DNA of 64,000 nucleotides from a virus: IMG/VR virus record IMGVR_UViG_3300030365_000081, positions 87,625 to 151,624 of that record; one strand, 5' to 3'. Shown piece by piece: positions 55,145 to 64,000 of this stretch (position 1 is its first letter; each line of letters starts with the position of its first letter). The notes under the pieces were generated by a model. It saw only the letters and a program-made list of their open reading frames with translations, ran no database searches and was not told where the DNA came from. The position numbers and the translations under genes were made by a program.

Positions 55145-56692
55145 TTATGCAAAAACAATTCCTTTGTTTTTGGCAACAAACTTACATTTACCAGATGAAT
55201 ACGAGTTGCCGTTTGTGTCGTAATATCCATCCGCTTTACCGTTGTGTGAGCCGCTGGTTCCTTGCATCACATGAGTATGCTTGCCAACAAGAAACACACA
55301 GCCGGGAAAGTTGCGTTTTGGATTTCGGTATTCCGGATGATGTTCTTTTACCTTGAGTTTGCAAACATCATTAGGTTGGCGTTGACGGAACTCTTCCAAA
55401 CTGTCGGTGGTCTGTTTAATGGCTTTATGCCGATTTGTAGCAGCTGACTTGCCATTGAGCGTGTACACGCGGCTCATATTTTCTTTGTGCAGTGCTCTTC
55501 TATCATGACGGCGGAACTGCTTTAATTCGTATGGCACATGGCTGTTTATATTGCTGTCGCAAACATCGTTAGCCAAAACGGAGCAAGCAATACAATAGGC
55601 ATCAAGCCAGTGGTCTTTACTAACTCTGTGTGCTGCACGATAGTCGTAGGTACTTTTGCCATTGGTTGCAAAGAAACGCTTCGGAAAAAGAGAGCTTAAC
55701 TCTTTCGTCAGTGCCGGAATGATTTGATTCAACACACTCAAAGCACCATATTTTTTATTGAGTCCAGTTTTCTTTTTGGCAAGCTTCTTTTGCCACGCGG
55801 TATCCTTATGCACAAGGTCGTGGTGTTTTGTGCATAAACCAACGATGTTCCCAATAGTATCGCTGCCGTTTTCGGATTGTGGAACCACATGATGGTAATG
55901 TTCAATGGGCTTCTCACAAAATAGGCAATGGTGTTCCTGCATTTCAGAAACAGCATTTTCAAGGCTCCCTTTTTGGTAGAGTGGGCCTTGCTGATATTGC
56001 CATTTCTGAACATTGGGGTTGTCCAGCCGCATAAACGCAAATTTGTTGATTTCGAGCACAACATCACTGATAGGAAGAAACTTTTGAATTTTCTTCACCA
56101 AGTTAATGTGTGTCTGCAGCAACTGATTTGCGGTAGGTGTGAGCCAACCTTCCGGTCTTGTGCGATTACTGAACTTTGCTTCTTTGTTTTTAATGCCGAT
56201 GCAAAGGACTTCTTTCTCACAACCTGGAAGATGACGCTTGATGACACCAATTTTCTTTGCACGCTTGCTGACACTGCCATTTTGAGCAGTGGTTTGCTTT
56301 ACGCACTTTTTAGAAATGGTGCCATTTGCTTTGGCTCTCCGTTGACGGCGGCATCGTCTGCCGTTGGTGCGTCTTGCACGACGGGCCTTTTTGCGCCCTT
56401 GCATCAGTTTCGGAATTTCCTTGTTACGGGTTTCCAAATGCGCAGTAAAGACTGCCGTGCCGTCCGTTTTAACAACAGCAACACCGATATTGGTTCTGCC
56501 GGGGTCAATGCCTAAGTAGAGAGGCTGCACAACATCGTTGGTTTCATACAACAGTTGAATGGTAAACGGTTTTGATGTTACGACTTGTGCTTTTTGTTCT
56601 TTAAGCAGACGGCGTACATGCCCACAGCGAATCGTAGGCATCAAAGGTTTACCGTCTTTGTTAAGCACATATACAGTGGACATATACGCCAC
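55145..56692 (-). CDS. iscB: IscB RNA-guided nuclease (OMEGA), copy B
   Basis: 515 aa. PLMP (GKPLMPT), RuvC-I (LGIDPGRTNIGVAVV), RuvC-II, HNH (HHCLFCEKPIEHYHHVVP...GLCTKHHDLVH), RuvC-III (DHWLDAYCIA). Close paralogue of the partial copy E. Confidence 0.8.
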   Translation of the reverse strand: MAYMSTVYVLNKDGKPLMPTIRCGHVRRLLKEQKAQVVTSKPFTIQLLYETNDVVQPLYLGIDPGRTNIGVAVVKTDGTAVFTAHLETRNKEIPKLMQGRKKARRARRTNGRRCRRQRRAKANGTISKKCVKQTTAQNGSVSKRAKKIGVIKRHLPGCEKEVLCIGIKNKEAKFSNRTRPEGWLTPTANQLLQTHINLVKKIQKFLPISDVVLEINKFAFMRLDNPNVQKWQYQQGPLYQKGSLENAVSEMQEHHCLFCEKPIEHYHHVVPQSENGSDTIGNIVGLCTKHHDLVHKDTAWQKKLAKKKTGLNKKYGALSVLNQIIPALTKELSSLFPKRFFATNGKSTYDYRAAHRVSKDHWLDAYCIACSVLANDVCDSNINSHVPYELKQFRRHDRRALHKENMSRVYTLNGKSAATNRHKAIKQTTDSLEEFRQRQPNDVCKLKVKEHHPEYRNPKRNFPGCVFLVGKHTHVMQGTSGSHNGKADGYYDTNGNSYSSGKCKFVAKNKGIVFA

Positions 56693-56880
56693 CTCCTTTA
56701 TGATAAGACTCCCCTGCCGAAGCAGGAGGTTGTGTTTCCCTTGGCTGGGTGTTTGCTACGAGTAGTATTACACGAGGCAATACCACTCTTGCGGAGCTGT
56801 CAACTGGGAAAATCGACAGGCGCAACAAACATCCAAATGCCTGTGATACATACAAAATGAAGTAATTTTATTTAAACCAC
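56693..56880 (-). ncRNA. candidate omega-RNA of IscB-B (extent uncertain)
   Basis: Non-coding region 5' of iscB-B with UUCG-capped hairpin (cctgcTTCGgcagg) next to the RBS. No ORF. Confidence 0.35.
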
Positions 56881-56963
56881 CAAATTTCGTAAATACCCCT
56901 TATTTATTGCTTACCTTGTGATATTATCATACCACGTTACTTACAAGAAGTCAACAGTAAAAT

Positions 56964-57299
56964 TCAAGATTTTTGAAAAATATTTACGGAATAATTTACA
57001 CCATCCAGAACGAAATCATAGGTGGTGTAGGAGTAGGTATAACGGCCAAAAGGGATTTCATTGCCGGGGGTGCTGGGGGTGACGGCGGCCTGAATGCTGA
57101 GAGCCTGCAGGACTATGGTGCTGGTTTTGCTTTGGAAGCGAAGCAGCGGGACGCCGGTGGAGGCGGACATGAAGCGGATTTGATCTGGCTTGAAGGTGGA
57201 GAGGGAGGACATGGCCGGGGTGTAGAGGTGGACATTGATGTAGGCTGCGTTTTGGCAGGTGGTGGAAAGCTGGGCAAGGGTGATAGTTTGTGTGTTCAT
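56964..57299 (-). CDS. hypothetical protein
   Basis: 111-aa ORF. Confidence 0.35.
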   Translation of the reverse strand: MNTQTITLAQLSTTCQNAAYINVHLYTPAMSSLSTFKPDQIRFMSASTGVPLLRFQSKTSTIVLQALSIQAAVTPSTPGNEIPFGRYTYSYTTYDFVLDGVNYSVNIFQKS

Positions 57300-57469
57300 G
57301 GCTCCTCCTTATTCATTGACGTCCGAAAAGATGGACTGGAAAATTGCGGAAATTTAATCCCAATAGTTGTAATTGACAACCATTTGTTGTATAATGCGAG
57401 TATAGCACAAAGGAATTCAAGATACTAGAACGGAAACCTGTACTAACATTGAAAAGGGGACACGAAAAT

Positions 57470-57748
57470 ATGGAGATTGGGCAAATTATACGAGAGTGGC
57501 GCAAGGCAAACGGGATAAGCCAGCGGGAACTGGCAGAGCGGCTGCGATGCGGGACCCACACCGTGATGGGGTGGGAGAACGGAATCAATTACCCAGGGTT
57601 TTGGGCGCTGGGCGTATTGGCGGACGAGATGCACTGCACGGTAGACTACCTGATGGGGAGGGAAAATCATTCTGTAGCGGCCTGTAAAGAATCCACGATG
57701 GAATCAATGGCATCGGAGGCTTCGGAACAAAGATCAACAGCGGACTGA
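57470..57748 (+). CDS. XRE-family HTH transcriptional regulator
   Basis: MEIGQIIREWRKANGISQRELAERLRCGTHTVMGWENG (HTH_3). Upstream TTGTAA-17-TATAAT promoter (about 57369..57397). C-terminal ~25 codons may be read-through into the convergent ORF. Confidence 0.55.
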   Translation: MEIGQIIREWRKANGISQRELAERLRCGTHTVMGWENGINYPGFWALGVLADEMHCTVDYLMGRENHSVAACKESTMESMASEASEQRSTAD

Positions 57749-57954
57749 AGTTCATCCATGGCGTCCTGCATGGTGGTGCCACGGTCGGAATCCTGCATAG
57801 ACTCCGGCATATTATCAAAGGCTTCTTCCTCAAGATCGTGCAGGTCCTGAACTTGGGAGGAGAGATCATTCTGAATGGTGGAGGAGAGATCCTTGAAAGC
57901 TTTGATAAGACCGCGAATTCTGGAGCGGCGTTCTTTATTCATATAACGGGGCAA
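57667..57954 (-). CDS. hypothetical acidic small protein
   Basis: 95-aa ORF convergent with and overlapping the HTH gene 3' end. Confidence 0.3.
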   Translation of the reverse strand: MPRYMNKERRSRIRGLIKAFKDLSSTIQNDLSSQVQDLHDLEEEAFDNMPESMQDSDRGTTMQDAMDELQSAVDLCSEASDAIDSIVDSLQAATE

Positions 57955-57992
57955 GGATACCCGTGACTTCAGTCATGGGAGGAATTGCCCCT

Positions 57993-59255
57993 TCACCTTC
58001 TTTCTATTAGATAATTTGTTGCGGGTTCTAGTAGCCGCAATTTTTTGTAGGACGCGCTATTAGAAACAACAGTACCGTCCAATTTTTTAAGAGCGAAGTA
58101 TCCAGAAGTTCGTCTGCCTGTGATAAAGCATTCTGAGCCATGATAGAATACTTTGTCCCAAAGGCGGTAACCTTTTACGGTGTACGGAGCTTGATTAGCC
58201 TTGCGTATACCACCTTTAAGGATAGTTGCTTTGTGCAGCTGTCTGTTATGGTGGCGTATAGCCTTCGTGTAGTAGCAAGTATCGAAAGGTATGGCCAATG
58301 GGTTCTTGCTAATGCAGCGTGCATCATTGGTGTGGCTTTTAGGAATACCATGCTTCTCACGCAAGTACTTGGTTATGTAGCCATAAGTCTCTTGTACAGG
58401 AATCTTCAGCTCTTTAAGCAAGCGTTCCATAAGTGTCTTACGCATAATCCCCATAAAAGCTGCATCTTTGAGAGGCTTGCCACGCTTTTTGCCGTTAAGT
58501 GTTACTTTTCCAGCGTGTAGAGCTTTATGACAAGCTGTGCAAAGCGTAATCAGGTTATTGGGAGCATTACCACCTGTTCTACGGGTCTCGATATGATGCA
58601 CATGTAGCTTTACAGATTTTGTTTTTGTTGGATGCGCACCGCAGCACTGGCAAGTATATTTGTCACGCTTTAATATATACTGGCGTACATTATACTCATC
58701 GTACATCTCACCAAGCTGGTAATCTGTGCCTACCGGCAGAGGTTTACCTTCCAGCATTGCTTTTAGGCGTTGTGTATCAAACTCTGCTGTTTCTACTCTG
58801 ACGAGCGTAACAGGCAAGATACGACATACTCGCTTGATAAGCGTAATGTGTTCTTGAATCTTGACCTCCACAGATGGCGCTAACCAACCCTTATGTTTGC
58901 TATGCACTCTGTTGTTGAAACGTGGCGCACGGTAACGGGTCTTGCGGTTACGTCTGTTGCGTCTGAAAGCACGGCGTGCAGAAAGCAAATCAACCACATC
59001 ATTGCGTGGAGTTGCCTCCTCACGGTAGAGTTCACGCGTCTCAGTAGATGCAGACAAGCCGACATGCTTGCTGCCAGCATCAACACCGAGAGTGATGTGT
59101 TGTTTATATCCTGCACTTCCGTACAGGAGCTTGATTGTAAACGGTGTGCGTTTTACAACGCATGCTTTCTTCTGCTTTAACAATAAGCGAGCCTTGCATG
59201 GAGAACACGGCATCAAAGGCTCGCCGTGTTTGTTAAGTACATACACATATTGCAT
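57993..59255 (-). CDS. iscB: IscB RNA-guided nuclease (OMEGA), copy C
   Basis: 420 aa. PLMP (GEPLMPC), RuvC-I (LGVDAGSKHVGLS), bridge helix (RRAFRRNRRNRKTRYRAPRF), RuvC-II (RVETAEFD), HNH (CQCCG...HVHHIETRRTGGNAPNNLITLCTACH), RuvC-III (HTNDARC). Confidence 0.8.
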   Translation of the reverse strand: MQYVYVLNKHGEPLMPCSPCKARLLLKQKKACVVKRTPFTIKLLYGSAGYKQHITLGVDAGSKHVGLSASTETRELYREEATPRNDVVDLLSARRAFRRNRRNRKTRYRAPRFNNRVHSKHKGWLAPSVEVKIQEHITLIKRVCRILPVTLVRVETAEFDTQRLKAMLEGKPLPVGTDYQLGEMYDEYNVRQYILKRDKYTCQCCGAHPTKTKSVKLHVHHIETRRTGGNAPNNLITLCTACHKALHAGKVTLNGKKRGKPLKDAAFMGIMRKTLMERLLKELKIPVQETYGYITKYLREKHGIPKSHTNDARCISKNPLAIPFDTCYYTKAIRHHNRQLHKATILKGGIRKANQAPYTVKGYRLWDKVFYHGSECFITGRRTSGYFALKKLDGTVVSNSASYKKLRLLEPATNYLIERR

Positions 59256-59585
59256 AATGCCATGCTCCTTTTGATAAATTAGCAGCTAAAAAGAAGCTGC
59301 TCACTCCTCCGAAGAGGGTAAGAATCCTTCCCCAAGGTTATAAACGGTTTAATACAGCCACACCTGTCGGCTTTACCTCGGCTTTATGTGATGTGTTGTC
59401 TTAGAGCGCACGGCTAGGATTTACACTATGCGGTAACTATCTATTCGCTTATAACGGGGCACAACTTAATGTGCAAAGGGTAGTCAACATATCCTTGCGG
59501 ACACTTCTAAAATACGGACTCGCTGGAGCAAGCCCGCGACTTTAGTCGTGGATTATTGACAGCAAATTACCTACCTTATTATATA
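59256..59585 (-). ncRNA. candidate omega-RNA of IscB-C (extent uncertain)
   Basis: 330-nt ORF-free region 5' of iscB-C. Hairpin gcagctaaaaagaagctgc adjacent to RBS. Confidence 0.35.
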
Positions 59586-59589
59586 GTGA

Positions 59590-60156
59590 TTAGAATGAGT
59601 GGGTTTTGGATTCGGTTACGGTATGGATGATAGCGGGACTGCAGGACCAGGCAAAGTGGGGCTGGCGGCCGGTAGAAGTGACGACGGCGGTGACAAGATC
59701 CATGGCAGCAAGGACGGCTTTTTGGCGGATGATGTTGCGGTCGTGATCCTGAAAAAGATAGCGGCGAACGAAAACATTTTGGATCTCCGAATTGGCCACG
59801 GCGATATAGACAGTGCCGGCAGGCTGAGATTCCGCATGAGGACCTGCAATGCCGGTGATGCCAACGCCAAGCTCTGCGCCAGATTTTTGAGCTGCGCCGA
59901 TTGCCATTTGGGCGGCGACAGGACCGGAATAAACAGTGTAATTCTTGATGGTATCCGGTTTGACAGAGACAAGGTTCATTTTGGCAGCGGCAGAGTAGGT
60001 GACAAAGCCATACTCCATAACGCTGGATGCGCCGGGGATGCTGGCGAGAGAGGAAGAGAAGAGGCCGGCGGTGCAGCTTTCGGCAGCAGAGATGTGAAGA
60101 GATTTGGATTTGAGCAGCTCAACAAGCTGTTGGGAGGACTGAGGGATAGAATTCAT
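59590..60156 (-). CDS. CinA C-terminal domain protein (PncC-like NMN deamidase family)
   Basis: 188 aa. ...ISAAESCTAGLFSS...GFVTYS...GITGIAGP... CinA_C signature. Confidence 0.6.
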   Translation of the reverse strand: MNSIPQSSQQLVELLKSKSLHISAAESCTAGLFSSSLASIPGASSVMEYGFVTYSAAAKMNLVSVKPDTIKNYTVYSGPVAAQMAIGAAQKSGAELGVGITGIAGPHAESQPAGTVYIAVANSEIQNVFVRRYLFQDHDRNIIRQKAVLAAMDLVTAVVTSTGRQPHFAWSCSPAIIHTVTESKTHSF

Positions 60157-60218
60157 GATAAGGCTCCTTTGAATGGGAGGATGTACGCCAGGGTTTTGCG
60201 ACCCTGGTTTTTATTTTT

Positions 60219-60629
60219 TTAATAGGACAGAACGAAGAACAGCCAGGTAAAAAAGATTTGACCGGTATGAAGGAGCTGGTCGGTGGTAAGAGAGATAGAA
60301 CCTTCGTTTGCTTTTTGGTGGTCAATAATAGCATGAAAACCGGTATTGGTAAGAATGGCGGAACAGAAATAGACGATTGCGTGGGGGTTATAGGGAAAGA
60401 ACAGAGAATAAACCAGAAGCGGGATCGTAATGCAAGTTGACCACATGAAGGAATGCTCGATGAGGGCGGTGATGTAATCAACAGGATAATGTTCCTGAAC
60501 GAACACCTTGGAGTACTTGAGGTCCCACCACAAACGCTGCTTGAAATCAGCGAGGATGCCCTGGAGATTGTAATCAGCAATGAGGTGGGAGAAAAACATA
60601 AGGAGGAGGAGAAGAAATTTGATGGGCAT
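60219..60629 (-). CDS. membrane-bound metal-dependent hydrolase-like protein (YdjM/DUF457-like)
   Basis: 136 aa. Multi-TM, HLIADY...H...D pattern. Confidence 0.35.
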   Translation of the reverse strand: MPIKFLLLLLMFFSHLIADYNLQGILADFKQRLWWDLKYSKVFVQEHYPVDYITALIEHSFMWSTCITIPLLVYSLFFPYNPHAIVYFCSAILTNTGFHAIIDHQKANEGSISLTTDQLLHTGQIFFTWLFFVLSY

Positions 60630-60644
60630 AAGGATTCACCTGCC

Positions 60645-61028
60645 TTACCAGCCGCGGCGCTTTTTGCCGATTTGTTCCGCCTTATAGCGCAGAGCACGCT
60701 CATGGATGCCGCTGATACGATCAAGGTAGTTGGGATTGACCTCAACTTTTTCATCCTCAAAGACATGCTGCCACCAGATACGATGGCCGTCAGCATAATC
60801 AACGTGATGCTCCTGCATGAGGGTATAGAAAGTTTCGTTACGGTTATTGAAACACTTGCCACGCCACTTTTCATAGATGGCTTTCTCTTCCGGGGTGGGT
60901 TCCGAGATGGAGCGCTGGTAGGCACCGAGAGCGTCATAACCTTTAATATCATTGGATGTGTAACCAGCTGCAGCGGCAGAACCGAACAAACCAGCGATAC
61001 CGAGAATTAAACCAAAACCACCTAACAT
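60645..61028 (-). CDS. membrane-anchored hypothetical protein
   Basis: Start taken at MLGGFGLILGIAGLFG after aaggaggt RBS (track ORF begins at 61160). Confidence 0.4.
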   Translation of the reverse strand: MLGGFGLILGIAGLFGSAAAAGYTSNDIKGYDALGAYQRSISEPTPEEKAIYEKWRGKCFNNRNETFYTLMQEHHVDYADGHRIWWQHVFEDEKVEVNPNYLDRISGIHERALRYKAEQIGKKRRGW

Positions 61029-61135
61029 AATTGTTACCTCCTTGGATTTTGAAAATTGAAATTTATTATTTTTGAAGTAGAATACCCCGTCTATAGACGC
61101 TAGGCTTAGGCGGGTTTGAATGCGTTTATAAGAAG

Positions 61136-62512
61136 TTATATGGAAGGACCTTCTTTCCACGCACCAACATGATTGATTAACTTGACTTTTGATACAGCGA
61201 CCGATTTCGCCGTGCTATCGACTGGAATTCGTAACCATTTTCCTTTGTTAAAGCAACCAGTTGTTATATATTTTTTCCCCGCATAGAAAACCATATCTCC
61301 CGACTGAATGGTATAGTGCTTACTTCTAATAGAACGTCTACCTTTTGTTATTTTGCGTGCCCGATACTTGTGCAAATTCTCAGAATCTTTTTTGTGATTA
61401 CGGCTGATTCTGCCGTTAAAAAGTTCTTTACCTTTTGCTTTGTTACCGGTGCGAGCGTCAATATAAGTGGCATCGTAGAATTTTTCCAGCACACGATTGT
61501 TTCTGCGTCGTTTTTGGTAATGTCTAAACTTGCAACGACATGCCGGGTGATAATCTCCCATTGCATACGCATCGTTGTTGTGGGTTTTCTCAAGTTGAAG
61601 CGCAATGCGCTTCTCCTTTGTCATCGCGCCGTAAGTGATGGTCACAAATTCTTTACCGTATGTGGCGTACAATGCATTTACTATCTGCCAGCGAACGACG
61701 TTCATAAATGCTGCGCCCGAAAGGTCAGCAAACTTTTTGTCTTTACCGAAACCATAGAGTTTGCCACCTTTTTGATGGTTAGCGGATGTATGGCACTTTT
61801 CGCACGCTGTAACCAATTCGTCAAGCTGGTAGCCGTGTCTGCCTTTCCAGTAGAACATGTGGTGCATATGTAAAATGGCACCATCCGTGGTTTTGCGTTT
61901 ACAAATTTGGCAGGTGTAATTATCACGGTAGAATACCGCCTCACGCAGTGTAGCCAAGTTGTAACGCGGACCCTTCTGGTAGTCTGCACATTCCGGTTTT
62001 GCTTCACCTTTCTTAATGGCTTGCAGCAGCATCGTGTCAAAGGAACCAACCTCAACCGTTGTGTGAGTAATCGGAATTACAGATACATACCGTTCGATAA
62101 GACTGATATTCAACTGCTTCTTATGTTCCAGAGAAGGCGCAAGCCAACCTTTATCACGCTTGCGGTTATCGAAGCGCGGTTTACGGTAGCGCAATCTGTT
62201 TCTGCGTATACGGTGATGTATTCGACAATCATCGTGATGTTCCTTCTCATCCTGCAATGTATCATACTGAGCAGATACATATTCGTGAGATTCGCTTTTC
62301 ACGCTGATGCCGATGTAGTTGTAACCTACATCCTCGCAGATTTCGATGGGTTGTGTGTTCGTTTTGTTGTCATACAGCAGTTGGATGGTAAACGGGTGAT
62401 GCTTAACGATTTTTGCTTTTCCGTTTTTCAGAAGACGGCGTACATTGCCGAGGCGGAAAGTAGGCATCAGGCGTTCACCACTATTACTGAGAACGCAAAC
62501 ACAAGTGTTCAT
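61136..62512 (-). CDS. iscB: IscB RNA-guided nuclease (OMEGA), copy D
   Basis: 458 aa. About 80% identical to copy A through the PLMP, RuvC and HNH domains. C-terminal ~40 aa diverged. Confidence 0.8.
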   Translation of the reverse strand: MNTCVCVLSNSGERLMPTFRLGNVRRLLKNGKAKIVKHHPFTIQLLYDNKTNTQPIEICEDVGYNYIGISVKSESHEYVSAQYDTLQDEKEHHDDCRIHHRIRRNRLRYRKPRFDNRKRDKGWLAPSLEHKKQLNISLIERYVSVIPITHTTVEVGSFDTMLLQAIKKGEAKPECADYQKGPRYNLATLREAVFYRDNYTCQICKRKTTDGAILHMHHMFYWKGRHGYQLDELVTACEKCHTSANHQKGGKLYGFGKDKKFADLSGAAFMNVVRWQIVNALYATYGKEFVTITYGAMTKEKRIALQLEKTHNNDAYAMGDYHPACRCKFRHYQKRRRNNRVLEKFYDATYIDARTGNKAKGKELFNGRISRNHKKDSENLHKYRARKITKGRRSIRSKHYTIQSGDMVFYAGKKYITTGCFNKGKWLRIPVDSTAKSVAVSKVKLINHVGAWKEGPSI

Positions 62513-62889
62513 GCAAGATACTCCTTTCGTAAAATAATAATAAAACTATAAGTCAGGGCTTGCGCCCTGTGGTCCACTTCGCCAATGTTATGCACTGTTT
62601 TAGCCTTTCGGCATGGCTTACGCACTTCTCCTACCCTTAGAGATGTTTAGCGGTATGTATCAACAACTTGCGCCATTGACACACACATTGCCCGCAGAGC
62701 CCGACACTTGTGGAGCATGATCGGGGTGCCTATATTATGAAGATGATTGCTCATCAAATGCATAACGGAGTTCGCGGCAACCGAAGTTGCCGTTCACCGA
62801 GGCTAATCAACCGGGCTTACGGGTTTCCCCGTAAGTCCCGTCTATAACCGGCTGACCGATTTAGGCGGGGTTGTTGACTTGGAACGAAG
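62513..62889 (-). ncRNA. candidate omega-RNA scaffold of IscB-D (IS left end)
   Basis: Homologous to 50549..50850. Similarity ends after ...ggttgttgact (62889). Flanking 20 nt differ (candidate guide). Confidence 0.5.
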
Positions 62890-63081
62890 ACGGCAGCGCA
62901 TGACCTGGATGGACTGAACGCTGCGCTGAAGACGGGCGGAAAGCTGACGGTCGGGGATGGAGTGGACGAGGATAAGATTCATTTCCTCGGTCGTCCATTC
63001 ACGCTTGGGGTAGCCAGCCGTTTGCCGGTAATTGTTGCGGCGATAATAATTGCGGGCAAGGGGATCAAGACGGGAAGACAT
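62842..63081 (-). CDS. hypothetical small protein whose 3' end overlaps the IscB-D left end
   Basis: 79-aa ORF. Last ~16 codons fall inside the region homologous to the IscB-A upstream region. Confidence 0.25.
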   Translation of the reverse strand: MSSRLDPLARNYYRRNNYRQTAGYPKREWTTEEMNLILVHSIPDRQLSARLQRSVQSIQVMRCRLRSKSTTPPKSVSRL

Positions 63082-63165
63082 GAGGGGAGTGGGTCAGCTC
63101 CTTGTTGGATTTGGGTATTTGCAAAATTAGGTGATTTTCTATTTGAAAATAGGTGGTCTACTAAT

Positions 63166-64000
63166 TTATGCAAATACAATTCCTTCGTTTTTGACAACAA
63201 ATTTACATTTATAATATGGATATGCGTTGCCATTCGTATTGTAATATCCATCTGCTTTGCCATTATGTGAGCCGCTAACTCCTTGCATCACATGAACTTG
63301 CCCGTCAACAAGAAATACACTTCCTGGATAGTTACGGTTCAAGTTTCTATATGCAGGATGATGCTCTTTCACCTTGAGCTTGCAAACATCACCTGGATGG
63401 CTTTGACGAAACTCTTCCAAACTGTCGGTAGTCTGTTTAATAGCCTTGTGGCGATTCGTTGCCACTGTTTTGCCATTGAGTGTGTACACGCGGCTCATGT
63501 TCGCTTTGTGTAGCACTCTTCTATCATGGCGGCGGAACTGCTTTAATTCGTATGGCACATGGCTGTTTATATTGCTATCACAAACATCGTTGGGTAAAAC
63601 AGAACAGGCAATGCAATAAGCATCAAGCCAATGGTCTTTACTCACACCGTGCGCTGTACGATAGTCGTAGGTACTTTTACCATTGGTCACAAAGAAATGC
63701 TTCGGAAAAAGAGAATTCATCTCTTTCGTCAATGCCGGAATGATTTGATTCAATACGCTCAAAGCACTGTACTTTTTGACGAGTCCGACTTTTTCTTTGG
63801 CGAGTTTCTTTTGCCAGGTAGCATCCTTATGAACGAGATTGTGATGCTCCGTGCATAGACCAACAATATTGGCGATAGTGTTGCTACCGTTTTCGGATTT
63901 TGGTACTACATGATGGTAATGTTCAATGGGCTTCTCACAAAATAGGCAATGGTGTTCCTGCATTTCAGAAACAGCATTTTCAAGGCTCCCTTTTTGGTAG
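63166..64000 (-). CDS. iscB: IscB RNA-guided nuclease (OMEGA), copy E, N-terminus outside window
   Basis: 265+ aa C-terminal part (HNH HHCLFCEKPIEHYHHVVP..., RuvC-III DHWLDAYCIA) about 85% identical to copy B. Frame is open to the window end. Confidence 0.75.
   Translation of the reverse strand, partial: YQKGSLENAVSEMQEHHCLFCEKPIEHYHHVVPKSENGSNTIANIVGLCTEHHNLVHKDATWQKKLAKEKVGLVKKYSALSVLNQIIPALTKEMNSLFPKHFFVTNGKSTYDYRTAHGVSKDHWLDAYCIACSVLPNDVCDSNINSHVPYELKQFRRHDRRVLHKANMSRVYTLNGKTVATNRHKAIKQTTDSLEEFRQSHPGDVCKLKVKEHHPAYRNLNRNYPGSVFLVDGQVHVMQGVSGSHNGKADGYYNTNGNAYPYYKCKFVVKNEGIVFA

Overview
This window reads as a large tailed phage, possibly a phage-plasmid, of an anaerobic Gram-positive-type host. 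The phage end is followed by a 15-kb accessory region dominated by RNA-guided IscB (OMEGA) nuclease loci and tRNA genes. Several coordinates were derived by hand counting and may be off by 1-2 nt.

**Plus-strand block, 1 to about 20.7 kb**
- It opens in a 5'-partial giant tail-fibre gene, followed by a tail-fibre and receptor-binding module with a CE4 deacetylase-like gene.
- A small inverted-repeat-bounded cassette at 6.86-7.30 kb looks like a type I toxin-antitoxin or MITE-like element.
- A lysis cassette follows: an M23 + SH3b endolysin and three small membrane proteins.
- A strong promoter then drives a candidate ~125-nt sRNA.
- A plasmid-type replication and partition module comes next: about 14 iterons plus an AT-rich unwinding element, a RepA_N-like initiator, parS-like 24-bp repeats and ParA/ParB.

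**Minus-strand early operon, 20.7 to 48.4 kb**
- After a convergent terminator the genes run on the minus strand.
- Recognisable products are a metallophosphatase, PIN-PhoH, dUTPase, NrdG/NrdD/NrdH-like, ThyX and an ERCC4-type nuclease.
- The DnaE-type PolIII alpha gene is split by a group I intron carrying a GIY-YIG homing endonuclease. It sits exactly in the catalytic PD|xD motif.
- An HNH-AP2 homing endonuclease lacks a canonical start codon.
- A Cas4-like nuclease, TOPRIM primase, DnaB helicase and a Sak4-like ATPase continue the replication module.
- Further genes encode an SSB-like protein with an acidic ...DEDELF tip, an acidic Cys-rich protein, an HPr-like protein and an SPFH/band-7 protein.

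**Accessory region, 48.9 to 64 kb**
- It contains three to four tRNA or tRNA-like genes and five iscB genes of three subfamilies (A/D, B/E and C), all on the minus strand.
- Each iscB has a long structured non-coding upstream region that is a candidate omega-RNA. Paralogue comparison defines the IS left-end boundaries.
- Small cargo sits between the copies: a MazF/PemK-like orphan toxin, an XRE HTH regulator, a CinA-C domain protein and membrane proteins.
- No capsid, portal, terminase or integrase gene is present in the window.
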